Positions 44,309 through 52,746 are shown, counted from the stretch's first letter. The stretch is DNA of 52,793 nucleotides from an uncultured bacterium (GCA_965602945.1 CBFDBC010000002.1:1-52793), one strand, 5' to 3'. Numbers and translations are program-made. Notes: generated by a model from the letters alone, not told the origin.

Positions 44309-45096
44309 GACTTGTCCCCCTCAGGTGTCCCGGAGTTTTCGCGCAGGGCACTGTCGATACGCGGGAGGATATCTCCCGCCTTCCCCCGGAAAGAGAAGGA
44401 CGCATGCTGGGTGAGGGGAGTCGGCTCCGGGTTTACTTCCACAACCGTGGCGCCAGCCTCCAGCGCAGCCAGAGGAAGCGAGGCCGCGGGATGCACAACA
44501 GCCGAGGTCCCCACCACGAACATCATGTCGCAGCGGGCACTGAGTGAAAAAGCCTGTCCGATGACATCCGGGTCCAGCGCCTCACCGAACCACACCACGT
44601 GGGGCCGGAGCATCGCCCCACAGTCCGGACAGAGGGGCGGAAGCGGCGAAAGGGGAGACACATGGTTCTCGACAAGCGTTCCTTCCTGCGTGCAGCGCAG
44701 CAGCCAGATGTTGCCGTGCAGTTCCAGGATGTTCCTGGAGCCTGCCTTCCCGTGGAGGCCGTCGATGTTCTGAGTGATCAGCGCAAACTGCGGGAACACG
44801 TCTTCCCATGCGGCCAGGACCCCATGCCCGGCATTGGGCTGTTTGGTAGACATCAATCCTCGCCGCCAGTCGTACCATTCCCAGACCAGTCCCGGATCGC
44901 GGGCAAACGCCTGGGGAGTGGCCAGATCCTGGGCCCGGTAGGTTTTCCACAGGCCTTCCTTGCCCCGAAAGGTTGGGATTTCCGACTCGGCCGAGATTCC
45001 TGAGCCGGTCAAAGCGACGATATTCTCGGCACGCTGCAGGCGTCCGATCAGCGCTCCCATGTTCCGGTCTTCATTCATCCCGTTTCTCCGGAGCAT
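44305..45096 (-). CDS. cobB: NAD-dependent protein deacylase (Sir2/CobB family); likely start at 45078
   Basis: Contains TGSGISAESEIPTFRG, QNIDGLH and CPDCGAMLRPHVVWFGE. The in-frame ATG at 45078 has GGAG 9 nt upstream, and ATG 45096 has no Shine-Dalgarno sequence. It overlaps the larC start by 4 nt. Confidence 0.88.
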   Translation of the reverse strand: MLRRNGMNEDRNMGALIGRLQRAENIVALTGSGISAESEIPTFRGKEGLWKTYRAQDLATPQAFARDPGLVWEWYDWRRGLMSTKQPNAGHGVLAAWEDVFPQFALITQNIDGLHGKAGSRNILELHGNIWLLRCTQEGTLVENHVSPLSPLPPLCPDCGAMLRPHVVWFGEALDPDVIGQAFSLSARCDMMFVVGTSAVVHPAASLPLAALEAGATVVEVNPEPTPLTQHASFSFRGKAGDILPRIDSALRENSGTPEGDKS

Positions 45097-45127
45097 AGGA
45101 TAGCTGAATTGCCCAGGGATGTCTATG

Positions 45128-45254
45128 AGAGGGCAGCTCTATTTTTGTTCGCCGAAGACCCGCCCAACCGCCCCATGGACTCACAAAAACAGAGCTGCCC
45201 TCAAAGCACTTGTTCGCCGAAGACCCGCCCAACCGCCCCATGGGCTCGGAAAGA
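45128..45254. repeat. Composite repeat element: a 20-bp-stem inverted repeat enclosing copy 1 of a 46-nt direct repeat, with copy 2 following
   Basis: Inverted-repeat arms are 45128-45147 and 45182-45201 (one A-C mismatch). Direct repeats are 45144-45189 and 45209-45254: the first 34 nt are identical (ttgttcgccgaagacccgcccaaccgccccatgg) and 42/46 match overall. Confidence 0.8.
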
Positions 45255-45380
45255 CAACACCCAACCTTTGGCAGCAATTATTATTCATCGCCTATGACCC
45301 GCCTGACCACGCCGGCCGGGGGCTGCCTTTTGCCTCGGTCCGGGGAGCATTAACATGGATCGTTCTGCAGCGGTTCTGTC

Positions 45381-45409
45381 TGGACATACCCTCGCCCACG
45401 GTATAGAAT
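45381..45409 (+). promoter_or_regulatory. Candidate sigma70 promoter for mtnP
   Basis: TGGACA (45381-45386), a 17-nt spacer, then TAGAAT (45404-45409), about 110 nt upstream of the mtnP ATG. Confidence 0.4.
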
Positions 45410-45521
45410 GGACCCGGCATGTGTTTCCAGCGTGCCGAGATTATCTCAGCCGTGAAACGTCGCGCCGATAGCTGCGGTATCCCACATCCGCGGAGTGTAC
45501 TTTTTCATAAAAGGAGGATCG

Positions 45522-46415
45522 ATGACTGAGGCACTATCCGATAATCTCCCCCAGGTCGGGATCGGGATCCTGGGCGGCACCGGACTGTACAAGATCGAGG
45601 GGATCCAGGTCAGGGACGAGGTGAAGATCGACACACCGTTCGGAGAGCCCTCGGACTCCTTCTTCATCGGTGAATACGCCGGCACCCGGATCGCGTTCCT
45701 CAGCCGCCACGGAGGGGGGCACCGCCTGCTACCCGCCGAGATCAACTATCAGGCCAATATATATGCCTTTAAGATGCTTGGAGCAGGCCATGTCATTTCC
45801 ATAAATTCGGTGGGGTCCCTGAAGGAAGAGATCCCGCCCCGGGACGTGGTGATCCCCGACCAATTTTTTGACCGCACACGGCGAAAGAACTCCTTCTTTG
45901 GACAGGGCGTAGCCGCCCATGTCAGCATGGCAGAGCCGATCTGCGCCTCTCTGGCCGGAACTCTTTACCGGGCGGGCGAAAAGTTGGGGCTTCGCATCCA
46001 CCCGCGTGGAACGTACATCTGCATCGAAGGCCCAGCCTTTTCCACCCGGGCCGAGTCCCACATCTACAGGTCCTGGGGCTGTGACGTGATCGGTATGACC
46101 AGCGCCACCGAAGCAAAACTCTGCCGGGAAGCGGAGATCTGTTATGCCGCCATCAACCTGGTCACGGACTACGATTGCTGGCGTGAATCCGAGGAGCCTG
46201 TTTCCATGGAGATGATCATGGGGAACGTGGCCGCGAACGTCAGCAGCGCCAAGGCCCTGCTCAAAGAGGTTATCCCCCAGCTTTCTGGGCCCGCCGGCGG
46301 GGCCTGCGCATGCGGTTCCGCCCTGGCCGGCTGTATCATCACGAGTCCCGATGTCATCCCCCAGGAAACGAGGGAAAAACTCCGTCATATTCTCGAAAAA
46401 TATCCGGGGCAGTAA
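45522..46415 (+). CDS. mtnP: S-methyl-5'-thioadenosine phosphorylase
   Basis: ATG 45522 follows AAGGAGG (the track ORF opens at 45495). Contains GILGGTGLY, FLSRHGGGH and GMTSATEAKLCREAEICYA. Confidence 0.88.
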   Translation: MTEALSDNLPQVGIGILGGTGLYKIEGIQVRDEVKIDTPFGEPSDSFFIGEYAGTRIAFLSRHGGGHRLLPAEINYQANIYAFKMLGAGHVISINSVGSLKEEIPPRDVVIPDQFFDRTRRKNSFFGQGVAAHVSMAEPICASLAGTLYRAGEKLGLRIHPRGTYICIEGPAFSTRAESHIYRSWGCDVIGMTSATEAKLCREAEICYAAINLVTDYDCWRESEEPVSMEMIMGNVAANVSSAKALLKEVIPQLSGPAGGACACGSALAGCIITSPDVIPQETREKLRHILEKYPGQ

Positions 46416-46429
46416 GAGGAGCGTGCACC

Positions 46430-47329
46430 ATGAGTCTGGTCATTGTCGGTTCCCTGGCTTTTGACACCATCGAGACACCCACCGAACGCAAAGAGCGGAT
46501 CATCGGGGGATCCTGTTCCTTCGCCGCCCTGGCAGCGAGCTACTTCACATCGCCGCAGATCGTGGCTGTCATTGGGGAAGATTTCCCTCAGGAATTCATT
46601 TCCCTCCTGAACTCAAGGGGAGTGGATACGCGGGGAGTGACCCGTGAGAAGGGCAAAACTTTTCACTGGGAGGGGCGCTACGGCGACGATCCCAACCAGC
46701 GGACCACAATCCGGACGGATCTCAACGTGTTCCAGGATTTCAAGCCCCTGCTGCTCCCGGATTATACCGCCGCCGACATCGTTTTCCTGGGAAACATCGA
46801 TCCCGATCTCCAGGCGGAGATCCGCAGGCAGGCCCGGGAGCCCCGACTGGTCGCCATGGACACCATCAACCTCTGGATCAACACCAAACCCGAAGCACTG
46901 GTTCGCGTACTCAAGGAAGTGGACATATTCTTTGCCAACGATGAAGAGGTTAAGATGATCGCCGGCGAGCTGAACCTGATAAAGGCCGGGCACGCCCTGC
47001 TCTCTATGGGGCCTTCACTGGTGGTCATCAAGAAAGGCGAACACGGCGCACTGCTCTTGGGCAAGGACTTCATGTTCGGTGTCATGGCCTATCCCTGCGA
47101 ATCCGTGATCGATCCGACCGGCGCCGGAGACAGCTTTGCCGGGGCGTTCCTGGGCTACCTGGACAGGACCGGTTCTTTCCTCCCCGAGGATTTCCGGAAG
47201 GCCGCGGCCTACGGCAGCGTGCTGGCCTCCTTCACCATCGAGGATTTCAGCGTGGATCGCCTGAAGGGGATTTCCGATCAGGAGATCGAGGATCGGCTCC
47301 AGGCCCTCAAGAACCTGGTTATTTTCTGA
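46430..47329 (+). CDS. PfkB-family carbohydrate/nucleoside kinase
   Basis: ATG 46430 (the track ORF 46310 overlaps mtnP). Contains the DPTGAGDSFAGAF ATP-binding motif. Substrate cannot be determined from sequence alone. Confidence 0.8.
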   Translation: MSLVIVGSLAFDTIETPTERKERIIGGSCSFAALAASYFTSPQIVAVIGEDFPQEFISLLNSRGVDTRGVTREKGKTFHWEGRYGDDPNQRTTIRTDLNVFQDFKPLLLPDYTAADIVFLGNIDPDLQAEIRRQAREPRLVAMDTINLWINTKPEALVRVLKEVDIFFANDEEVKMIAGELNLIKAGHALLSMGPSLVVIKKGEHGALLLGKDFMFGVMAYPCESVIDPTGAGDSFAGAFLGYLDRTGSFLPEDFRKAAAYGSVLASFTIEDFSVDRLKGISDQEIEDRLQALKNLVIF

Positions 47330-47369
47330 GCTTGCCAGGCTGAATATCAACCACAGAAAGGAACTAAAA

Positions 47370-48761
47370 ATGAGCGATTCGACCCGCAAGCCCGTTGAGC
47401 CCTTCAAGATCAAGAGCGTTGAACCCATCCGGAAAACTTCCCGGGAGGAACGGGAACAGATCATCCGGAGCGGCGGATTCAACCTTTTCAATGTCCCCGC
47501 GGAGAACGTGTTCATAGACCTCCTGACGGACAGCGGCACATCGGCCATGAGCCATTTCCAGTGGGCCGGGATGATGCAGGGGGACGAATCCTATGCCGGT
47601 GCCCGGAGTTATTTCCGCTTCGATCAGGCGGTCAGGAACATCTTCGGTTTCAAGCACGTGATCCCCACGCATCAGGGGCGTGCCGCCGAAAGGATCCTGT
47701 TCCAGACCGTGGTGGGATCGGGTCAGCGAGTGCCCAGCAATATCCATTTCGATACGACCCGGGCCAATATCGAGGTCCGGGATGCCGAGGCCGTGGACCT
47801 GGCCGGGATAGCTGCCTACGATCCCGACGACCGTTCCCCCTTCAAAGGCGACATGGATGTGGAAAGGCTGAAGGCCTTCATCCAGGAGAATGGGGGTGGG
47901 GACAAGATTCCCCTGGTTATGCTCACCATCACGAACAACTCCGGCGGAGGACAGCCCGTATCGCTGGCCAACATCCGTGCCGTCAGCGCGGTCTGCAGGG
48001 AGAACGGCATCCCGTTCTTCCTGGATGCCTGCCGTTTTGCCGAGAATGCCTATTTTATCCAGCAGCGCGAGGAGGGACAGTCCGAACGGTCCGTGCTCGA
48101 CATCGCTCGAGAGATCTTCTCCTGTGCAGATGGCGCCACCATGAGCGCCAAGAAGGATGCCCTGGTGAATATCGGAGGCATCTTGAGCGTCAACGACGAT
48201 GCGCTGGCGGAAAAGCTCCGGAACAACCTGATCGTCAGCGAGGGCTTCCCCACCTACGGGGGATTGGCCGGCAGGGACCTGGAGGCGATCGCCCGGGGGC
48301 TGGAAGAAGTCATGGACGAGGCCTACCTTGAACACCGCACCGCCCAGGTAGGCTACCTGTGGGAGCTCCTGGATCAGGCTGGGCTCCCGGTCTACGGCCC
48401 CCCGGGGGGACACGCCGTCTATGTGCTGGCGGACCGGTTCCTGCCCCATCTCCCGCGGGATCAGTATCCGGGGCAGGCGCTCAGCGTAGCGCTCTACCGC
48501 GAGGCGGGTGTGCGCGCCGTTGAGATCGGAGGGGTGATGTTCGCCAAGAAGGATGAGGCGACCGGCCGGGAGATCTATCCGAAGCTGGAGCTGATCCGTA
48601 TGGCGGTGCCCCGCCGCGTGTACACGCTGTCCCATCTCGAGTATGTAGCCGATGCCCTGGCCTCCCTGTTCGAGCGCCGCGATACGATCCGGGGATTAAG
48701 GATCATCCATCAGGCTCCCCATCTACGGCATTTCACCGCACGTTTCGAAGAAATGGATTAG
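47370..48761 (+). CDS. Tryptophanase / tyrosine phenol-lyase family PLP-dependent beta-eliminating lyase
   Basis: 463 aa. Contains EPFKIKSVEPI, DLLTDSGTSAMS, FKHVIPTHQGRAAE and SAKKDALVNIGG (PLP lysine). I cannot separate TnaA from Tpl without an alignment. Confidence 0.88.
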   Translation: MSDSTRKPVEPFKIKSVEPIRKTSREEREQIIRSGGFNLFNVPAENVFIDLLTDSGTSAMSHFQWAGMMQGDESYAGARSYFRFDQAVRNIFGFKHVIPTHQGRAAERILFQTVVGSGQRVPSNIHFDTTRANIEVRDAEAVDLAGIAAYDPDDRSPFKGDMDVERLKAFIQENGGGDKIPLVMLTITNNSGGGQPVSLANIRAVSAVCRENGIPFFLDACRFAENAYFIQQREEGQSERSVLDIAREIFSCADGATMSAKKDALVNIGGILSVNDDALAEKLRNNLIVSEGFPTYGGLAGRDLEAIARGLEEVMDEAYLEHRTAQVGYLWELLDQAGLPVYGPPGGHAVYVLADRFLPHLPRDQYPGQALSVALYREAGVRAVEIGGVMFAKKDEATGREIYPKLELIRMAVPRRVYTLSHLEYVADALASLFERRDTIRGLRIIHQAPHLRHFTARFEEMD

Positions 48762-48770
48762 GCCTGCGGC

Positions 48771-49124
48771 CTAGATGCGGTAGAACCACATCAGCGGCAG
48801 CCAGAGCTGGTGGGCATAGGGGATCTTCTTGTGGTTGACCAGGATCTCAGTGCTCTCCCAGTCGTGGACCAGGTTGAACAGCTGGAACAGTTCCTCCACA
48901 TCATCAGGAGTGAAGGATGTGGAATGGCGCACCCACTCTCCCTCGCCCTGTTCCGTGTAGGTCGGGATCCGGCGGGCCAGGTCGACGGCCTCCGTGTACT
49001 TGGGGGAGGATTTGTGGCCGAATTCGACGGTTATCTTGAAGGCCTTGGCCTTTGTGTCGGGATGCAGGATAGTGTCCAGTTTTTCCTCTTCGGCTTGGTC
49101 GTCGTGGTCTTTCCAGCGGCTCAT
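48771..49124 (-). CDS. Hypothetical protein, no family recognised
   Basis: 117-aa ORF with GGAG 8-9 nt upstream of the ATG. It has GC-rich third codon positions like neighbouring genes and a balanced residue composition. The plus-strand shadow ORF 48810-49157 looks like junk. Confidence 0.55.
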   Translation of the reverse strand: MSRWKDHDDQAEEEKLDTILHPDTKAKAFKITVEFGHKSSPKYTEAVDLARRIPTYTEQGEGEWVRHSTSFTPDDVEELFQLFNLVHDWESTEILVNHKKIPYAHQLWLPLMWFYRI

Positions 49125-49249
49125 GTTCCGGCTCCGGTATCTTGGTTACACTTATAAGCATTCGTTGTGGTGATGTCAACCTCTGCACGGTTGACAATTT
49201 CCCCTGTACGGGATAAAAAGAGAGACTAAATCAGTCAAGGAGACCGAAA

Positions 49250-50236
49250 GTGGTTGTTATCGCATGGACCGTCTTAGCCGCCGTCGCATATGTTTCCAAA
49301 TGGATCTCCAGCCTGGTCGTGATCAACGACACCCATCCGCTCGAGGCCATGCTGGTGGGCATCCTTCTGGGCGCACTGGCCCGCAACCTGGGCCTCATGC
49401 CAAAGAAGTGGGAGCCTTACCTCAAGAAATTCGAGACGCCGCTCCTCTGGGGCATCCTGCTGCTGGGCGCGGGCTTCACGCTCAAGGTGGCGAGCGAGCT
49501 GCCCCTGAGCCTGGTGGTCATCCTTGTCTCCATGGCCTTCGGGTTCCTCTTCGTCTATTTCGTGGCCCGCCGGATGGGCCTGCCCGATAAATTGAGCGCC
49601 CTCCTGGCCGTGGGCACCTCCATCTGCGGGGGGAGCGCTATCGCCATCGTATCACCCCTGATCAAGGCCAAGGAAGAGGAGACCAGCTATTCCGTGAGCA
49701 CCATCGTGATCTCGGCGTTCATACTGCTCGTCAGCCTGCCCATCCTCGGGGGAGTCCTGGGCCTGGATCAGCAGTCCTTCGGCATCTGGGCGGGGACCTC
49801 CGTCCACAATACACCGCAGACCATCGGGACCGGCTACATGTTCGGAGAGGAGGCGGGCCAGGTAGCCACCATCGTCAAGCTCACGCGGAACATGTTCATG
49901 ATCGTGATGGCCTTCCTCGTCTCCATCTGGTTCGGAGCCAAGGAAGCGGAGAGGAGCAAGCTCGGCAAGAAGGCGATCCTCAAGGCTTTCCCCTGGGTCC
50001 TGTTCGGGTATGTGGGTATGGCCGTGTGCGCGGTCCAGGGATTCTTCACCCCCGAGGGCATCGCGTTTTTCAAGTCTGCCGGCAAGTTCCTGATCCTCAT
50101 GGGGATGGTGGGCATCGGGTTCGGGACTGACTTCCGCGCCATCAAGCGCTTCGGGATCAAGCCCCTACTGGTGGGGATGCTGGGTGCCCTCGTGGTGACC
50201 TGTGTCTCCCTCCTCCTCATTTATTTGCTGTTCTAG
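49250..50236 (+). CDS. yeiH: YeiH/UPF0324 family putative sulfate-exporter-type membrane protein
   Basis: 328 aa, polytopic, with a GTG start 7 nt after AAGGAG. The blocks GTSICGGSAIAIVSPLIKAKEEE, WAGTSVHNTPQ and KLTRNMFMI resemble E. coli YeiH. Confidence 0.75.
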   Translation: MVVIAWTVLAAVAYVSKWISSLVVINDTHPLEAMLVGILLGALARNLGLMPKKWEPYLKKFETPLLWGILLLGAGFTLKVASELPLSLVVILVSMAFGFLFVYFVARRMGLPDKLSALLAVGTSICGGSAIAIVSPLIKAKEEETSYSVSTIVISAFILLVSLPILGGVLGLDQQSFGIWAGTSVHNTPQTIGTGYMFGEEAGQVATIVKLTRNMFMIVMAFLVSIWFGAKEAERSKLGKKAILKAFPWVLFGYVGMAVCAVQGFFTPEGIAFFKSAGKFLILMGMVGIGFGTDFRAIKRFGIKPLLVGMLGALVVTCVSLLLIYLLF

Positions 50237-50302
50237 ACTGAGCTATTCATAAGAAGTGCCGATCAATTTAGCCTGAATAACTCTCGCTCAATTCAGTGAA
50301 GT

Positions 50303-50430
50303 AGACTGGATCATTTACGGGTCGAGATTAGTGCAGCGACAAGGAAGCGGCTCATGAGGCGTAGTATACTACGTCGATTGGGCCGCAACGTCGTTGATGT
50401 GCTGAGATCGAGGTGTAAATGATCCAGTCT
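50303..50430 (+). ncRNA. Candidate structured RNA: 128-nt extended imperfect hairpin (function unknown)
   Basis: Dyad symmetry about 50366/50367. Of 64 paired positions, 45 are Watson-Crick, 7 are G-T and 12 are mismatches. The outer 16 bp are perfect (agactggatcatttac / gtaaatgatccagtct). The G-T excess fits folding of the plus-strand transcript. Confidence 0.4.
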
Positions 50431-51464
50431 CAGTTGATGAGCATGCAGTCGCCATAGGAGAAGAATCGATACCGCTCGCGCACGGCCTCCCGGTACGCCC
50501 GCCTGATGATCTCATAACCCCCAAACGCGGCGGTCAGCATGAGCAGCGTGGATCGGGGTAGATGGAAGTTGGTGAGGAGCCGCCCCACGACCTGAAAGCG
50601 ATATTCCGGGTAGATGAACATCCGGGTCGCGCCGGATCCAGGCCGCACGCGTCCCCCGGCTGCCGCACTCTCCAGTGCCCGCACGGATGTGGTCCCCACC
50701 GCGGTGACAGGCCTCCCCGTCTCCAGCGCCGCGTTGATGGAGCGGGCGCTCGGTTCGGGTATGGAATACGTTTCCTCCAGCATCCCATGGTCCTCCACGC
50801 TCTCCACCCGCACCGGCTGGAAGGTGGCCAATCCAACATCCAGGCAGAGGGGGGCGGCTTCCACTCCGCCTCGCTCCAACTCCTCCAGGAGCCGGGGCGT
50901 GAAGTGCAGCCCGGCGGTCGGGGCGGCGATGGAGTTTCCCCTTCCCCGCGCAAACACAGTCTGGTAGCGCTCCAGGTCCGTTTCCCGCAGGTGGTCGTGT
51001 TCTCTTTTTCGCTTGATGTAGGGGGGCAGGGGAGCGAATCCCTCTTTTCTCAGTTCCGCCGGCACGTCGGCATCTCCGAAGCTGATGACCCGCTGCCCTT
51101 CCTGTCCCACCTCTGTGACTATCCCCGTCAGGGAAGGGGTGAACACGATGGCATCCCCTTCCTGTACGCGCTTGGCCGGCCGGCAGAGTACCTCCCAGTC
51201 CCCCGCAGTCCCCGGGCGCACGAACAGGAACTCGATGCGCTTCCCCTCCCTGCTCCCCCAGATCCGGGCCGGGAAGACGCGTGTCTCGTTGCGCACGAGG
51301 ACATCACCCCGGGAGAAGTGCTCGGGGAACTCGAGAAAAGTGGAATGCCGGATCTCCCCGCTCTCGCGGTCGACCACCAGCATGCGGGACGAATCCCGCC
51401 GGGGGAGCGGCTGTTGGGCGATCAACTCCTCCGGGAGGTCGTAGTCGAAATCGGAAACCTTCAT
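50430..51464 (-). CDS. queA: S-adenosylmethionine:tRNA ribosyltransferase-isomerase
   Basis: MKVSDFDYDLPEELIAQQPL starts at ATG 51464 (the track ORF extends to 51536). The C-terminus reads FFSYGDCMLI. Confidence 0.92.
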   Translation of the reverse strand: MKVSDFDYDLPEELIAQQPLPRRDSSRMLVVDRESGEIRHSTFLEFPEHFSRGDVLVRNETRVFPARIWGSREGKRIEFLFVRPGTAGDWEVLCRPAKRVQEGDAIVFTPSLTGIVTEVGQEGQRVISFGDADVPAELRKEGFAPLPPYIKRKREHDHLRETDLERYQTVFARGRGNSIAAPTAGLHFTPRLLEELERGGVEAAPLCLDVGLATFQPVRVESVEDHGMLEETYSIPEPSARSINAALETGRPVTAVGTTSVRALESAAAGGRVRPGSGATRMFIYPEYRFQVVGRLLTNFHLPRSTLLMLTAAFGGYEIIRRAYREAVRERYRFFSYGDCMLIN

Positions 51465-51480
51465 GGGGTCGGATCGCGGG

Positions 51481-52536
51481 CTAAGACTTCGGGAACAGGT
51501 CGCCCTGGGGCTCGTTCGGTGATCCCGGCGCGGCATAGCCCAGGTGTGCGTAGGCCCGGGGGGTCACACGGCGGCCGCGGGTCGTCCGCTCCAGGAACCC
51601 GATGCGCATCAGGAAGGGCTCGTAGATCGACTCTATGGTGTCCTTTTCCTCGTCGATTGCGGCCGCGATGGTGTTGATGCCCACTGGCCCCCCCGCGAAG
51701 TTCTCGATGATGGTGCCCAGTATTTTGCGGTCGACATCGTCCAATCCCAGGGAGTCCACCTCCATCATGTCCAGCGCCTGGTCCGCCTCCGCGGTGGTAA
51801 TCCTCCCGTCGGCAATCACCTCCGCGTAGTCCCGCACGCGCCGCAGCAGACGGTTGGCCACACGCGGCGTGCCCCGGGAGCGGCGGGCCACCTGGAGGGC
51901 GCCGTCATGGTCGATGTCCACATCCAGCAGGGAGGCCGAGCGCCGGATGATCGTCTTCAGGTCTTCATCTCCATAATAGTCCAGCCGGTGGATGATGCCG
52001 AAGCGGCCTCGCAGCGGCGCCGTGATGCGTCCGGCGCGCGTGGTGGCACCGATCAGGCAAAACTTCTTAAGGCGGAGCTTGTGGCTGCGCGCCCCGGGTC
52101 CCTGGCCGATCATGATGTCCAGGTTGAAGTCCTCCATGGCGGAGTACAGGATCTCCTCCACCGAGGGGTGGAGGCGGTGGATCTCATCGATAAAGAGGAC
52201 CTCCTTGGGCTGGAGGTTGGTCAGGATAGCGGACAGGTCACCCGCCCGTTCGATAACCGGCCCCGAGGTGGGCTTGATCCCCACGCCCATCTCCTTGGCG
52301 ATGAGATATGCCAGGCTGGTCTTTCCCAAACCGGGGGGACCGTAGAGCAGTACATGGTCCAGGTGCTCGTCCCGCTTGCGGGCCGCCTCGATAAAGATCT
52401 TCAGGTTGGCCTTGATGTTTTCCTGACCGATGAACTCCTCGAAACTGCGCGGCCGGAGGTTGTCCTCGAACAGGAGGTCTTCCTTGGTGCGGACCGGGTT
52501 GAGGACCGCCTCGATGGGAGCGGAATTCTTTGTCAT
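51481..52536 (-). CDS. ruvB: Holliday junction branch-migration ATPase RuvB
   Basis: 351 aa. Contains [12 protein letters not shown], Walker [10 protein letters not shown] and FIDEIHRL. Confidence 0.95.
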   Translation of the reverse strand: MTKNSAPIEAVLNPVRTKEDLLFEDNLRPRSFEEFIGQENIKANLKIFIEAARKRDEHLDHVLLYGPPGLGKTSLAYLIAKEMGVGIKPTSGPVIERAGDLSAILTNLQPKEVLFIDEIHRLHPSVEEILYSAMEDFNLDIMIGQGPGARSHKLRLKKFCLIGATTRAGRITAPLRGRFGIIHRLDYYGDEDLKTIIRRSASLLDVDIDHDGALQVARRSRGTPRVANRLLRRVRDYAEVIADGRITTAEADQALDMMEVDSLGLDDVDRKILGTIIENFAGGPVGINTIAAAIDEEKDTIESIYEPFLMRIGFLERTTRGRRVTPRAYAHLGYAAPGSPNEPQGDLFPKS

Positions 52537-52746
52537 GGGTGTGTTTTCTCACTCATCGTATAGCGCATTTTCCTCCTCAATGCAAGGCCGTCCGGTCCGC
52601 CGCCATGCCTGCCCGCCCTGTAAGGAATTAGCATCGGCTAAGCAGGCGCATGTCAGGCGAAGTGGTGTTGGACTGGATGGCGGGGGCATGTGAACGGCCG
52701 ATAAGGCGCCGATCCGATAGGGTGGTGCCGGTCAGTATGACTAGGA

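Noticed and set aside
44305-45096. Sir2-domain protein as an anti-phage defence effector (Thoeris/DSR/pAgo-associated type)
   Set aside because: It is a short (~260 aa), single-domain protein with canonical CobB motifs. It has no sensor or partner domain and is embedded in a housekeeping operon. No other defence genes are nearby.
45144-45254. Possible mini CRISPR array
   Set aside because: There are only two repeat copies, the unique sequence between them is ~19 nt rather than a 30-40-nt spacer, and no cas genes are present in the window.
45109-45406. Plus-strand ORFs of 62 and 95 aa, and a 68-aa minus-strand ORF (45071-45277), in the cobB/mtnP intergenic region
   Set aside because: Their only distinctive feature, a duplicated SPKTRPTAPW-type peptide, is the translated 46-nt DNA repeat. 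They have no convincing Shine-Dalgarno sequence and are more simply explained as non-coding repeat sequence.
45472-45505. Possible attenuator or riboswitch terminator in the mtnP 5' leader (CUGCGG...CCGCGG stem, then UUUUU)
   Set aside because: The stem is only 6 bp including a U-G pair, and the U-run is separated from it by 7 nt. I saw no match to SAM or other riboswitch cores by eye.
48759-48773. Palindrome TAGGCC-TGC-GGCCTA formed by the two convergent stop codons, considered as a bidirectional terminator
   Set aside because: A 6-bp stem with a 3-nt loop and no U-tracts is too weak to call a terminator. It is noted only as a packing curiosity.
52430-52693. 87-aa plus-strand ORF across the ruvB start and the ruvA-ruvB spacer
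   Set aside because: It overlaps ruvB on the opposite strand and has no Shine-Dalgarno sequence or recognisable sequence features.
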